Assembly (NCBI GenBank): GCA_031431875.1
Contig: JANPEF010000095.1
Coordinates: forward strand, 1 to 33,409
Length of the DNA: 33,409 bases
Direction: 5' to 3'
From: Candidatus Eiseniibacteriota bacterium
Lineage (GTDB): Bacteria > Eisenbacteria > RBG-16-71-46 > DASYSL01
The number at the start of each line of letters is the position of its first letter. Position 1 is the stretch's first letter. The position numbers and the translations under genes were made by a program. Below are positions 1 to 12,711 of this stretch, in pieces. The notes under the pieces were generated by a model. That model worked only from the letters and a program-made list of their open reading frames with translations. It did not search any database and was not told the DNA's origin.

Positions 1-46
1 CGGCCGTCCCGGTCAGCGCACGGTAGACGGCGAGGCTGGCGCTCAC
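1..46 (-). CDS. N-terminal fragment of the next gene, running off the window; possibly Kdo transferase (WaaA/KdtA) or another lipid A gene
   Basis: GTG at 46-44 overlaps the lpxB TGA (GTGA), as at most junctions here. It reads MSASLAVYRALTGTA, open to the window edge. The identity is a guess from context only. Confidence 0.4.
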   Translation of the reverse strand, partial: MSASLAVYRALTGTA

Positions 47-1200
47 CGGCGCCCCGCGACGAGCCCGGCCGCGAGCCCGGCCACGCGGGTGCTGGCTCCG
101 GGGGTGCCGAGCAGGCCGCGCACGCGCCTCACGCGCGCCAGCGCCTGGGCGCGCGGCGCGCCATCGTCCCATTGCGGCAGCAGCGCCGCGAGGATGCGTG
201 CGGGCGTCACCGCGGACTGCAGCAGCTCCGGCGCGACGTCCTCTCCGGCGACGATGTTGACCAGCCCGAAGCGCGGCAGGCGCACGACGCGGCGGGCGAT
301 CACATGCGAGATCGCCGCCATCCGGTAGACGACGACGAGCGGCGTGCCGAGCGCGGCGCACTCGAGCGTCGCCGTGCCGGAAGCGACGACGGCGGCGCGG
401 GCATAGGCGAGTGCCTCGCGCGTGCCCTCCTCGACGACGCGCACGAACGGGCGCTCGGCCGCGGGGACGGCGGCCGCGAGACGGTGGCGATGCGCGGCGG
501 ACGCTGCGGCGACGACGGCGCGCGCGGTGGGACGGGCCCGGCGCAACGCGGCGAAGGTCCCGAGCAACGGCCCCGCCAGGCGTTCGACCTCCTGGTTGCG
601 GCTGCCGGGCAGGAGCGCGAGCCACGGCGCTTCCGGATCGAGGTCGCAGGAGCGCGCGAACGTCGCGCGGTCGCGCGGCGGCTCGAGCCCGTCGAGCAGC
701 GGGTGGCCGACGAACGTCGCAGCGACACCGTGTTCGCGAAAGAACGCCTCCTCGAAGGGCAGGATGACCGCGAGCCGGTCGACATCGCGCCGCAACGCGG
801 CCAGGCGACCGCGCCCCCACGCCCAGACCTGCGGGGCGACGTACTGCAGGACGGGGACGCCGCGACCATGCGCGCGCGCGGCCAGGGGCAGGTTGAAGCC
901 GGGAAAGTCGATGGGCAGGAACAGGTGCGTGCCGGCGGCGGCGCGCGCGGCGTCGCCGGCGCGACGGGCGTGGAGCAGCGCGGGGAGATGCCCGAGGATC
1001 TCGGCGAAGCCGACGACGGCGACGTCCTCCATGCGGGCCAGCGCGCGCACGCCCGCGGCGCGCATGGCCGGGCCGGCGATCCCCTCGAGTTCGAGTCCGG
1101 CGAGGGCGGGCTGCGCCTTCAGTGCGGTCGCAAGGAGCGCACCGTGGCGGTCGCCCGACGGTTCGCCGGCGACCAGCACGATCCGCCCGGGGCCGCTCAT
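43..1200 (-). CDS. lpxB: Lipid-A-disaccharide synthase
   Basis: MSGPGRIVLVAGEPSGD start; IDFPGFN, YVAPQVWAW, ILPFE, FVGHPL, LLPGSR and SGTATLE motifs. ATG at 1200 overlaps the upstream TGA. Confidence 0.96.
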   Translation of the reverse strand: MSGPGRIVLVAGEPSGDRHGALLATALKAQPALAGLELEGIAGPAMRAAGVRALARMEDVAVVGFAEILGHLPALLHARRAGDAARAAAGTHLFLPIDFPGFNLPLAARAHGRGVPVLQYVAPQVWAWGRGRLAALRRDVDRLAVILPFEEAFFREHGVAATFVGHPLLDGLEPPRDRATFARSCDLDPEAPWLALLPGSRNQEVERLAGPLLGTFAALRRARPTARAVVAAASAAHRHRLAAAVPAAERPFVRVVEEGTREALAYARAAVVASGTATLECAALGTPLVVVYRMAAISHVIARRVVRLPRFGLVNIVAGEDVAPELLQSAVTPARILAALLPQWDDGAPRAQALARVRRVRGLLGTPGASTRVAGLAAGLVAGRR

Positions 1201-2315
1201 CGGGGCGGCGGAGGCGCCGCCGACCACCCCGCCAGCCGCGCGCGCATCGCCGCGCGCACCTGCTCGGCGACGGCGAGTGCGGCGCGACCCTCCTCGCCGC
1301 GCGCCAGGCCCAGCCTGCCGGGCCCCGCGTGTTCCCGTCGCGACACCGGGGACGCAGGATCGCCCGCGTGGCCGCCGGCGATGGCGGCGGCGAACGCCTC
1401 GAGCTCGAGCGTGAGCGGCAGGCCGGCCGGCGCCGCGAGCGCACGGCGGTCGAGCAGCGCGGTCCAGTCGGGAGCCGCGGCCTCGGGTGCGGGCGCCGCC
1501 CCCGCCGCATGCGCGGCATGAAGCGCGTAGACCTGCGCCGCCTGCGCCAGCGCCGCGGGGTCGACGACCAGCGACTCGGCGGTGCCGTGCAGGCAGTCGA
1601 GCGTGAAATAGGCGCGCTCGGCGAAGACGCGAATCTTTCGCAGCTTCTCGGGTGAGACGCGGCTTGCCGTGAGCGAGGCCACCGCACCCGAGGGGAACTC
1701 GAGTCGGGCGTTCGCCAGGTCCTCGCTCTCGGTCAGCACCGCGACGCCGATCGCATCGACGCGCATGGGCATTTCCCCGACGAATGCGAGGGCGAGGTCG
1801 ATGTCGTGGATCATGAGGTCGAGCACGACGTCGACATCGGTGGCGCGGGGCGTGAACCCGGCGAGCCGGCGCGCCTCGATGTAGCGCGGCGCCGTGAGCG
1901 AGGGTGCAGCGGCGCGGACGGCAGGATTGAAACGCTCGGAATGGCCGACGAACAGGCCCCGCCGCGCCGCGCGGGCCCGCTCGATCAGCGCATCGGCGGC
2001 CGCGGTGGAGTCGGCGATCGGCTTCTCGACGAAGACGTGTGCACCGGCAGCGAGCGCGATCTCGGCCACGGCGCGATGGGCGACCGTCGGCACGGCGACG
2101 ACGATGCCGTCGCAAGCGGCAGCGAGCGCTGCGGCCGAAGCGGCGACGGCGGTGCCGCACGCGGCGGCGGCCGCCGCGGCGCGCGCGGAATCGAGGTCGA
2201 ACAGGCCGCTGAACTGGAGCGGGGCGTCGGCGCGGGCGGCCAGTTCACCCAGCGTGCGCGCGTGACGGGCGCCCAGCGCGCCCACGCCGATGAGGCCGAT
2301 CCGCGGGCGGCTCAT
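1197..2315 (-). CDS. Gfo/Idh/MocA oxidoreductase, GnnA-like (UDP-GlcNAc 3-dehydrogenase candidate)
   Basis: GxGxxG Rossmann motif (IGVGALG), VEKPI, VGHSERFNP, DLMIHDID, TASRVS. Lies between lpxA and lpxB. Confidence 0.85.
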   Translation of the reverse strand: MSRPRIGLIGVGALGARHARTLGELAARADAPLQFSGLFDLDSARAAAAAAACGTAVAASAAALAAACDGIVVAVPTVAHRAVAEIALAAGAHVFVEKPIADSTAAADALIERARAARRGLFVGHSERFNPAVRAAAPSLTAPRYIEARRLAGFTPRATDVDVVLDLMIHDIDLALAFVGEMPMRVDAIGVAVLTESEDLANARLEFPSGAVASLTASRVSPEKLRKIRVFAERAYFTLDCLHGTAESLVVDPAALAQAAQVYALHAAHAAGAAPAPEAAAPDWTALLDRRALAAPAGLPLTLELEAFAAAIAGGHAGDPASPVSRREHAGPGRLGLARGEEGRAALAVAEQVRAAMRARLAGWSAAPPPPR

Positions 2316-3085
2316 CGGGCCAGGCCACGCCGGGTGTCGAGCGCAAAGCCGATGAAGTGCTCGAGCTCGGGCGAGGGCGGCAGCTCGGCGCGCATGCGGG
2401 CCGTGGCCGCCTCGACATGCAGTTCGCTGCGGTACAGCAGCCGGTAGGCCTGTTTGAGCTCGGCGATACGCTCGGCGGTGAATCCGCGCCGGGCGAGGCC
2501 GATCGCGTTCAGGCCGATGGGCTTGAGCGGTTCGCCGGCGGCGCGGGTGTACGGCGCGACGTCCTGCGAGACGCGGCAACCGCCGCCGACCATCGAGTGG
2601 GCGCCGACGCGCACGAATTGGTGCACGGGCGTGAGGCCGCCGATGATCGCCCAGTCCTCGATCGTGACGTAGCCGGCAAGCTGCACGCCGTTGGCCAGGA
2701 TGACGTGGTCGCCGACCACCGTGTTGTGCGCGATGTGGGCGTACGCCATGATCAGGCACTGCGCGCCGATCCGCGTCGTCGCGCCCTCCTCGCTGGCCAG
2801 GTTCGCGGTCGCGCCCTCACGGACGACGGTGTCGTCGCCGACGGTGAGGAACGTCGTCTCGCCGCGGAACTTGAGGTCCTGCGGCGGTCCGCCGAGCACG
2901 GCGCCGGCGTGCAGGCGCACGCGTGCGCCGACCGTGGTGTGGCCAGCGACGCGCACGTGCGAGTCGAGAACGGTTCCGGCACCCAGGACGACGTCCGGGC
3001 CCACCCAGCAGAACGGGCCCACCTTCACGTCGGCGGCGAGCTGGGCCCGCGGATCGACGACGGCGAGCGGGTGGACGTCCGCCAT
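2312..3085 (-). CDS. lpxA: Acyl-ACP--UDP-N-acetylglucosamine acyltransferase
   Basis: Hexapeptide repeats, PQDLKF, MAYAHIAH, VHQFVRVG, GLNAIGLARRGF. ATG at 3085 overlaps the lpxC-fabZ stop. Confidence 0.96.
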   Translation of the reverse strand: MADVHPLAVVDPRAQLAADVKVGPFCWVGPDVVLGAGTVLDSHVRVAGHTTVGARVRLHAGAVLGGPPQDLKFRGETTFLTVGDDTVVREGATANLASEEGATTRIGAQCLIMAYAHIAHNTVVGDHVILANGVQLAGYVTIEDWAIIGGLTPVHQFVRVGAHSMVGGGCRVSQDVAPYTRAAGEPLKPIGLNAIGLARRGFTAERIAELKQAYRLLYRSELHVEAATARMRAELPPSPELEHFIGFALDTRRGLAR

Positions 3086-4392
3086 CAGCGTTCCACGATG
3101 CTGGACGTGAGGACCGCCTCGGCGACCAGCTGGCCGTCGACCGTCGCGGTGCCGCGCATGCGGCAGATGCGGCCCTTGAACTTGTCGACCGTGAGCTCGA
3201 AGCGCAGCACGTCGCCGGGCAGCACCGGCTTCCTGAACTTCGCCTCGTCGATGCCGATGAAGTAGACCAGCTTGCCGCTGGGATCGTCGACCATGTTGAG
3301 CAGCAGCACGCCGCCGCACTGCGCCATCGCCTCGATGATGAGGACGCCCGGCATGACCGGATGCCCGGGGAAGTGGCCGACGAAAAACGGCTCGTTGATC
3401 GTGACGTTCTTCTGCCCGACCACGCGCTTGCCTTCCTCGAGCTCGAGGATACGGTCGATGAGCAGCAGCGGGTAGCGGTGCGGCATCAGGTCGATGATCG
3501 AGCTGATGTCCCACTCGCCGCGCGGCCGCCCCGCGCGCCGGCCGGCCCGCGGGATCTCCTTTGCCAGCTTGCGCACGAACTCGACGTGCGACTGGTGGCC
3601 CGAGCGCGCCGCGATGATGTGGCCGAGGATCGGCCCGCCGAGCAGCGTCAGGTCCCCCATCAGGTCGAGCACCTTGTGGCGCACGAACTCGTCTGGGAAG
3701 CGCAGCCCGCCCTCGTTGACCACGCCGTGGTCGCCGATCACGACCGCGTTGGCGAGCGAGCCGCCGCGGATGAGCCCCGAGGCGCGCAGGGCCGCGACGT
3801 CGCGCTCGAGCACGAACGTGCGAGCCGGTGCGATCTCGCGCTCGAAGATCACGTCATCGATGTCCCAGCTCGCGTACTGCGTGCCCACGGCGGGGTGGTC
3901 GTAGTCGATGGTGAACGAGATGCGGAAGCGATCGGATGGCACGGCGGTCAACTCGATCGCGCCGTGGCGATAGGTGACCGGCTTCGAGATCTTGATGTGT
4001 CGCCGCCCGGCCTTCTGCTCCACGGTGCCGGCGGAGCGCAGCAGCGCCGCGATGGGGGCCGCCGAGCCGTCCTCCGGCTCGGCGATCTCCATCGCACTCG
4101 TCTCCATCAGCAGGTTGTCGATCCCGAGGCCCGAGACGGTGGCCAGCAGGTGCTCCATCGTGTGGATCTCGACGCCATTCTCGGCGAGGATCGTGCGCCG
4201 CCCCGCGCCCTTGTCGTAGACCGCGTTCTCGGGGCGCACGTGCACGCGCGGCTCCCCCGGCAGGTCCTTGCGGACGAAAACGAGGCCACTGAACTCGGCG
4301 GCGGGCCGCAACGTGACGGTGCTGGCGACGCCGGTGTGGATGCCGACGCCGTGGAGCGTGACTTCGCGTGCGATCGTGCGCTGCTGGCGCAT
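3085..4392 (-). CDS. lpxC/fabZ: Bifunctional LpxC-FabZ (UDP-3-O-acyl-GlcNAc deacetylase / 3-hydroxyacyl-ACP dehydratase)
   Basis: LpxC motifs QRTI..GVGIHTG, TMEHLL, EIAPARTF and HKVLD, followed in frame by FabZ motifs MPHRYPLLLID and GHFPGHPVMPGVLIIEAMAQ. Confidence 0.96.
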   Translation of the reverse strand: MRQQRTIAREVTLHGVGIHTGVASTVTLRPAAEFSGLVFVRKDLPGEPRVHVRPENAVYDKGAGRRTILAENGVEIHTMEHLLATVSGLGIDNLLMETSAMEIAEPEDGSAAPIAALLRSAGTVEQKAGRRHIKISKPVTYRHGAIELTAVPSDRFRISFTIDYDHPAVGTQYASWDIDDVIFEREIAPARTFVLERDVAALRASGLIRGGSLANAVVIGDHGVVNEGGLRFPDEFVRHKVLDLMGDLTLLGGPILGHIIAARSGHQSHVEFVRKLAKEIPRAGRRAGRPRGEWDISSIIDLMPHRYPLLLIDRILELEEGKRVVGQKNVTINEPFFVGHFPGHPVMPGVLIIEAMAQCGGVLLLNMVDDPSGKLVYFIGIDEAKFRKPVLPGDVLRFELTVDKFKGRICRMRGTATVDGQLVAEAVLTSSIVER

Positions 4393-4424
4393 GGACTCTC
4401 CGGGAACGAAGGGGGACGCGAGCG

Positions 4425-5570
4425 TCAGGGGCGGGCGCCGGCCGGGGTCGTGGCTCGCGCCGACTCCGGGTCGGACGCCGCGGCGGTGCCAGGAGATGCG
4501 GGCGTTGCGCCGGCGGCCGTGGCTCGGGCGGCCGGGCCGGGATCGCCTGTCAGGTCCGCCACTCTCTGCTCGAGGCGCAGGACGCGCTGCACGAGTTGCG
4601 GCAGGCGGGCGATCGACGCCTGCAGGCGCCGCTCGATGGCGTGCGGCCGGGCCGGGAACACGCCCGACATCACCGCGCCCGCCGCCACCGACTTGGTGAC
4701 CCCGCCGCGCGTGGCGATGATCGCCCCCTCGCCGATCTCGATGTGACCGTTGACGCCCGCCTGGGCGCCGATGGTCACGTTGTCGGCGACACGCGTCGAG
4801 CCGGCAATGCCGCTCATCGCGGCGACGATCACGTTCTTGCCCAGCTCGACGTTGTGCCCGATCTGCACCAGGTTGTCGATCTTGGTCCCGGCGCCGATGC
4901 GCGTCGTGCCAGTGGTCGCCCGGTCGATGCACGTGTTGGCGCCCACCTCGACGTCGTCCTCGAGCACGACGTTGCCCACTTGCGGCACCTTGAAGTAGGT
5001 GCCCTCGTTGCGCGCGTAGCCGAAGCCGTCGGCCCCGACGATGGTGCCCGAGTGGAGCACGACGCGCGCGCCGAGCCGGCACTCCTCGCGCACGACCACC
5101 TGCGGGTAGAGGAATGCATCGGCGCCGATCTGCACGCGGTGCCCGACGTAGCACTGGGCCATCACGACCGCGCGATCGCCCAGCACCGCGCCCTCCTCGA
5201 TCACCGCATGCGGCCCCACCGAGACGTCGTGGCCAAGGACGACGCCCGGGCCGATCACGGCGGTCGGGTGGACACCGATTGCCGGGCGCGGGCGCTCCTG
5301 GCGGAAGATGCGGACGGCCTTGAGGAACGCGAAGTAGGGATCGCGGGCGACCAACTGCGGGATGGCGCAGTCGGGCCGTGATTCGGCGAGCAGGACGGCG
5401 CTCGCCCCGGTGTCCCGGAGATACGGTTCGTACCGCGGGTTGACCAGGAACGTGACGTCCCCCCGTCGGGCCTCGCGCAGGCCGGCGACCCCGGTGATCT
5501 CCACGGTGCCGTCCCCGACCAGGCGGGCGTCGAGGAGGGTGGCCAGTTCGGCCAGGGAATGCGCAGTCAT
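4425..5570 (-). CDS. lpxD: UDP-3-O-acylglucosamine N-acyltransferase
   Basis: MTAHSLAELA start, hexapeptide repeats, GADGFGY, KVPQVGNV, GTKIDNLVQIGHNV. Ala/Pro-rich C-terminal tail. Confidence 0.96.
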   Translation of the reverse strand: MTAHSLAELATLLDARLVGDGTVEITGVAGLREARRGDVTFLVNPRYEPYLRDTGASAVLLAESRPDCAIPQLVARDPYFAFLKAVRIFRQERPRPAIGVHPTAVIGPGVVLGHDVSVGPHAVIEEGAVLGDRAVVMAQCYVGHRVQIGADAFLYPQVVVREECRLGARVVLHSGTIVGADGFGYARNEGTYFKVPQVGNVVLEDDVEVGANTCIDRATTGTTRIGAGTKIDNLVQIGHNVELGKNVIVAAMSGIAGSTRVADNVTIGAQAGVNGHIEIGEGAIIATRGGVTKSVAAGAVMSGVFPARPHAIERRLQASIARLPQLVQRVLRLEQRVADLTGDPGPAARATAAGATPASPGTAAASDPESARATTPAGARP

Positions 5571-5593
5571 GCGGCTCCGTTCGGCATGGCGGG

Positions 5594-6175
5594 TCAGCGG
5601 GGAGTCGTCGCGGCGCCGGCAGGATCCTTCGCCAGCTCGGTCAGGACCCGGTCGGTCAGATCCAGCCCCTTCACTCCGAATATCACATTGCCGTCGGCCG
5701 CGTCCAGCACCAGGTCGTACCCCTCCCGGTAGGCGATCGTCTCCACGGCGTCGCGGATCTTGCCGATGACCTCCCGGGTCATCTCGTCGTTCATGCGCTG
5801 GACGCGCCCGCCGGGGCCCCAGAACTCCTGCACGAAGCGATCGTACTCGGAGACGGACTTGGACAGGGCGCTCTCCTGCTCGATCTTCTTGGAGTCGGTG
5901 ACCAGGGCCTCCTGGTCCTTGATCTCGTTGCGCAGGACGTCGAGCGCCTTGCGGCGCTCGTCGGCCTCGGTGCGCCACGCGGTGATCTCGCGGCCGAAGC
6001 GCTCCTGGGCTTCCTGCGCGCCCTTGTAGGTCTCGAAGATGCGCTGCGAGTCGACGAACCCCAGGCGAACGTTCTGCGCCGCGGCCGGCGAGCTCGCGAG
6101 CAGGCTCGCGGTCACCAGGGCGAGGCCGACGAGGGCGCGGCGCAGCGCGGCGGGCAGTGCGGATCGAGGGATCAT
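5594..6175 (-). CDS. skp: Skp/OmpH periplasmic chaperone
   Basis: Signal peptide ending AAA-Q, GFVDSQRIF, coiled coil, GYDLVLD..DLTDRVL. Lies between bamA and lpxD. Confidence 0.92.
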   Translation of the reverse strand: MIPRSALPAALRRALVGLALVTASLLASSPAAAQNVRLGFVDSQRIFETYKGAQEAQERFGREITAWRTEADERRKALDVLRNEIKDQEALVTDSKKIEQESALSKSVSEYDRFVQEFWGPGGRVQRMNDEMTREVIGKIRDAVETIAYREGYDLVLDAADGNVIFGVKGLDLTDRVLTELAKDPAGAATTPR

Positions 6176-6186
6176 CGGGCCTCCGC

Positions 6187-8618
6187 CTAGAAGAAGAAGT
6201 TACCGAACAGGAAGTGACCCTTCCAACCCGGCGCGATGCGGTCGAAGCCGTACGCATAGTCGAAGCCGACGTTGCCGAGGATGGGGATCTCGACCCGCAG
6301 GCCGACGCCGGCACTCTTGTACCAGTCCCCGATGCGCACGTCGGCCACGCGGTTCCAGGTGTTCCCGCCCTCGGCGAAGATCAGGGCGCGCACCGGGTTC
6401 ACGATCGGAAACTGCTGCTCGAGGGTGAGGATCGTGAACGCGCGACCGCCGGGATAGGGAGTCGGAACAAGGGCGAAGTTCAGGAGGGTCACCTCGGTGC
6501 CCGGGTTGAAGCGCGGGTAGTTGATGTTCTCGAGCGGCACGATCGAGTAGTCCTCGTAGCCGCGCAGCCCGTCGAATGTCACGCCGCCCAGCCGGAAGCG
6601 CTCGTACAACGGCACGGTCCCGCTGCGGATGACCGAGCCCAGCATGCCGCCGCGCACGCGCACCATGTTCGCCCATCCCTTGAGGAATGACTGCGAGTAC
6701 CAGCGCGAGTCGAAGCGGACCTTGCTGAAGTCGTAGTCGCCACCCAGGAAGCTGCCGACGAACTCGTAGGACAGCGACCCCTTCTGCCCGCGGTTCGGGT
6801 AGAAGGGATGGTTCGTGCTGTTGCGCGTGGCCGACAACTCGATCCCCGAAGTCAACTGCTCCCCCTCGGTCTGCAGCGCGCGCAACGACGGAGTCGCGGT
6901 GGCCGGATTGTCGATCGTGATCGTCGTCGCCTCGAGCCGGTAGCGGATGAGCCCGCGCGTGTAGCGCAGGTGTGGGATGGGACGCCCCGACTGCAGTGAG
7001 AAGCCTCGCCGCCTCTCGAAGTACGCGGTGCTCGCGCCCGAGTTGACATCGCGCTCGCTGTAGTAGGCGGTGCCGCCCACCTGGGTCGGCGTGTTGCGGA
7101 ACCAGGGATCGGTGAACGACAGGTCGACCGCACGCCGGCTGCTGCCGCGCTCGAGCTGGATGTTCACCGCCTGGCCGTTGCCGAACAGGTTGTTGTGGCC
7201 GAGGTTGACGAAGCCCGACAGCCCACCGTCCGACGAGTAGCCGGCGCCCGCCGACGCCGTGCCCGTCTGCTTCTCCTTGATCTTGAGGACGACGTCGACG
7301 TCCGTCGATTCTGCGGGCTGGAAGTCGACGCCGACGTCCTCGAAGAAGCCCAGGCGGAACACGCTCTGCTGCGTGTTGACCAGCTGCGAGCGGCGAAACA
7401 GGTCGCCCTCGTGCAGTTCGAGCTCACGGCGGATCACGTTTTCCTTCGTGTAGGTGTTGCCGGTGATGCGCACCTGGCGCACCTTCGACGGCGGCCCTTC
7501 GGCGATCTGGAACGTCACGTCGACGACATTCGAGTCGCGGACGAACTCGGTGGCCTCGACCTGCAGGTAGAGGAAGCCCTCCTCGGCGTACGCCGCGTAG
7601 GCGCCCTCCACCGCCTGGCGAATCTTCGTGCCGTTGTAGTACTCACCGGACTGCGGCTGCGGCAACGATGCAAGCGCCGGCGACTTGATGATCTCGTTGC
7701 CCGCCCAGTGCACTTCACCGGTGCGGTAGCGCGGGCCCTCGACGATCTTGTGCGTGAGCACCACGCCCCCGCCCTTGGGATCGTCGACGAACGGGGCCCG
7801 CTCGACGGTCACGTCGCGAAAGCCGTTCTCGCGGTAGAACGTGCGGATGCGCGTCTCGTCCTCGATGATGTTCTCTTCCTTCACCGTGCCGCTGCGGAAC
7901 GGGAAGCCCTTCTTCTTCGACTTGAGCCGTTTGGCGAGCGCGTCCTCGCCAAAGGCGCCGATGCCTTCGAACGCAACCGCGGTCACCTGCGCCTTCTTGC
8001 CGTCGACGATGGCGAAGCGTACCCACACGCCGGCGCCGGTGCTGTCGGCGGTTGCTGTGACCGCGGTCGCGCGGTAACCCTCCTTGCGGTACTCGCTGAG
8101 GATCGAATCGCGGGCCGCGACCAGCAGTCGTGGGCGCCACGAGTCACCGGGGCGGAACCCGAGGTGAGGAAGCAGGTCTTCCTCCGAGCGCTTCTGGTTG
8201 CCCTCGAACGAGATGCGCGCAACCCTGGGCCGCTCGGCGACGGCGAGGACGAGATGGACGCCCGCCTCATCGGTCGAGCCGCGGACCTCGAGGTCGTCGA
8301 ACAGCGACGTCTCCCACAGGCGCAGCAGGCCCGCCCGCACCTCGCGTGCGTCGTAGGGGCGGCCGACGCGGACCTCGAACGCGCGGGCGATCCGCACCGA
8401 GTCGATGCGGGCGCGGCCGGCGAAGCGGATCGAGGCGACGAGCGGCGCAGGCGTGCGGGGCGCCGCCGCCATGGACGAGTCCGCGGGTTCCATCCGCGGC
8501 GCCGGCAAGTTCCCCTGGGCCAGGGCCGAGCCGGTCCCAAGGACGAGCGCCCCGACCCCCGTCACGAGGGTCAGGGCGACGAGGTACGACAGGAGTTCGA
8601 CGCGTCGGGCGAATCCCG

Positions 8619-8622
<4 letters not shown>
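6187..8622 (-). CDS. bamA: Outer membrane protein assembly factor BamA
   Basis: Signal peptide, five POTRA-like repeats (e.g. ITGNTYTKENVIRREL), NLFGNGQ, SFTDPWF, LRGY motif, C-terminal Phe. Confidence 0.95.
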
Positions 8623-11078
<2,456 letters not shown>

Positions 11079-11101
11079 GACCCTGGGCCTCCTCGCGGGT
11101 G

Positions 11102-12184
11102 CTACCCGCGTCCGCCATCGCCGGTTTCGGAAATCGCGCGCTCCAGTCGAGCCCGCACGAGTTCGGCGCGAAGAAGATTCCGTTCGGGCGCCTCGAGGGC
11201 GCGGCCGGCGCCACGCTGCAGGTGCGCCGGCTGGGTGAAGACGAGCAGTTCGTTGACCACGGCCAGCGGCGGCAGCCCGGCAAATCCGAGCGCCACCCCC
11301 AGGCGGATCGCGGAACAGAGGTTGATCACTTCCTGGCTCGACATGTTGCGGCCGTAGCGCAGGCTTCCATAGGCACGCCAGACCTTGTCCTCGATCTGGG
11401 TGCGAGCGTCGCGCAGCATCACGTCGCGCGCCCGTTCCTCGTAGTCGAGGATCTGGCGGGTGACGCGATCGAGGCTCTCGATGCTCTCCTGCTCGCTGTG
11501 GCCGAGCGTCGTCTGGTTCGAGAGCTGGAAGAGGTTGCCCATCACATCGGATCCCTCGCCGTAGAACCCGCGCACGGCGAGCCCGACCTGCATCACCGAC
11601 TTGAGCACCTTGTCGATCTGCTTGGTCAGCACGAGCGCCGGCAGGTGGATGAGCACCGAGGCGCGCATGCCCGTCCCGACGTTCGTCGGGCAGGCGGTGA
11701 GGTAGCCCAGTTCGTCGGTGAACGCGTACTCGAGCGCGGCTTCGAGCTCCTCGTCGGCGTGTTCGGCGACGGCCCACGCCTCGGCCAGCTGGAAGCCCGA
11801 GCACAGGGCCTGCAGCCGGACGTGATCCTCTTCGTTGACCATCACCGACAGCCGCTCGCTCGGCCCGATGTAGAGGCCGCGCGGGCGGGCGCCGTCGGAC
11901 AGTTCGTGCGACACGAGGTGCCGCTCGACCAGGAACTGCCGCTCGATCGGCGTCAGCTCGTGCATGCGCAGCAGGCCGCCCCCGGCGAACGACACCGAGT
12001 CCTTCGCCGCGCGCTCGACCGCGCCGAGCACGCCGACGAGTTGCTCGTCACGGGCGCGGTGCGAGAACGGCACGCCGCTCAGGTTGCGGGCCAGCCGCAC
12101 CCGGGTGGAGACGACGAGGTCCGCGCGCGGGCCACTGCCGTCGAGCCAGGGGCCGGGATTGCGGGCCAGGGTGTCGAGATCCAT
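11102..12184 (-). CDS. mcsB: Protein arginine kinase McsB
   Basis: STRVRLARNL, NEEDH, LGYLTACPTNVGTGMRASV, QLSNQTTLG. Lies between mcsA and clpC. Alternative GTG start at 12187. Confidence 0.95.
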   Translation of the reverse strand: MDLDTLARNPGPWLDGSGPRADLVVSTRVRLARNLSGVPFSHRARDEQLVGVLGAVERAAKDSVSFAGGGLLRMHELTPIERQFLVERHLVSHELSDGARPRGLYIGPSERLSVMVNEEDHVRLQALCSGFQLAEAWAVAEHADEELEAALEYAFTDELGYLTACPTNVGTGMRASVLIHLPALVLTKQIDKVLKSVMQVGLAVRGFYGEGSDVMGNLFQLSNQTTLGHSEQESIESLDRVTRQILDYEERARDVMLRDARTQIEDKVWRAYGSLRYGRNMSSQEVINLCSAIRLGVALGFAGLPPLAVVNELLVFTQPAHLQRGAGRALEAPERNLLRAELVRARLERAISETGDGGRG

Positions 12185-12711
12185 CACGCCTCCGCCGGGC
12201 CGGTCGCCGCGCCCTGCTGCTTCTCGAGTCCCTTGATGCGGTCGCGGATCTCGGCCGCGCTCTCGAAATCCTCGCGCTCGACGGCCCGCTGCAGGTCGTC
12301 GTACAGGTGCGACAGGGCGCGGGCGGGCGACGGGGCGGCCTCGGCGTGCAGAGGCAGCTTGCCGACATGGCGGGTGGAGCCGTGAATCCGGCGCAGGAGC
12401 GGGCGCAGCTTGCTCTGGAACGCGACATAGCAGTCCGCGCACCCGAGACGCCCCGTGTCCTTGAACGCCGAGTAGTGCATGCCGCAGGACGGGCACTGCA
12501 CCGGACCCACGCGCTCCTCCTCGGTGGTGGACATCTTGTCCACCATCGTGGCGAGCAGGTCGGCGATCGAGAACTTGGGCGTCGCCGGCACGCCGACGAG
12601 ACCCCGCTCCTCGGCGCAGGCGCGACAGAGGTGCACTTCCGTCATCCGATTGTCCTGGACGTTCGTGAAGTGCAGCTGGGCCGGATTCTTATGGCAGCTC
12701 TGACATTGCAT
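12184..12711 (-). CDS. mcsA: McsA (activator of McsB; UVR domain)
   Basis: Four CxxC motifs (CQSC, CRAC, CPSC, CADC), IHGSTRHVGK, and UVR motif EDFESAAEIRDRI. RBS GGAGG upstream. Confidence 0.94.
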   Translation of the reverse strand: MQCQSCHKNPAQLHFTNVQDNRMTEVHLCRACAEERGLVGVPATPKFSIADLLATMVDKMSTTEEERVGPVQCPSCGMHYSAFKDTGRLGCADCYVAFQSKLRPLLRRIHGSTRHVGKLPLHAEAAPSPARALSHLYDDLQRAVEREDFESAAEIRDRIKGLEKQQGAATGPAEA

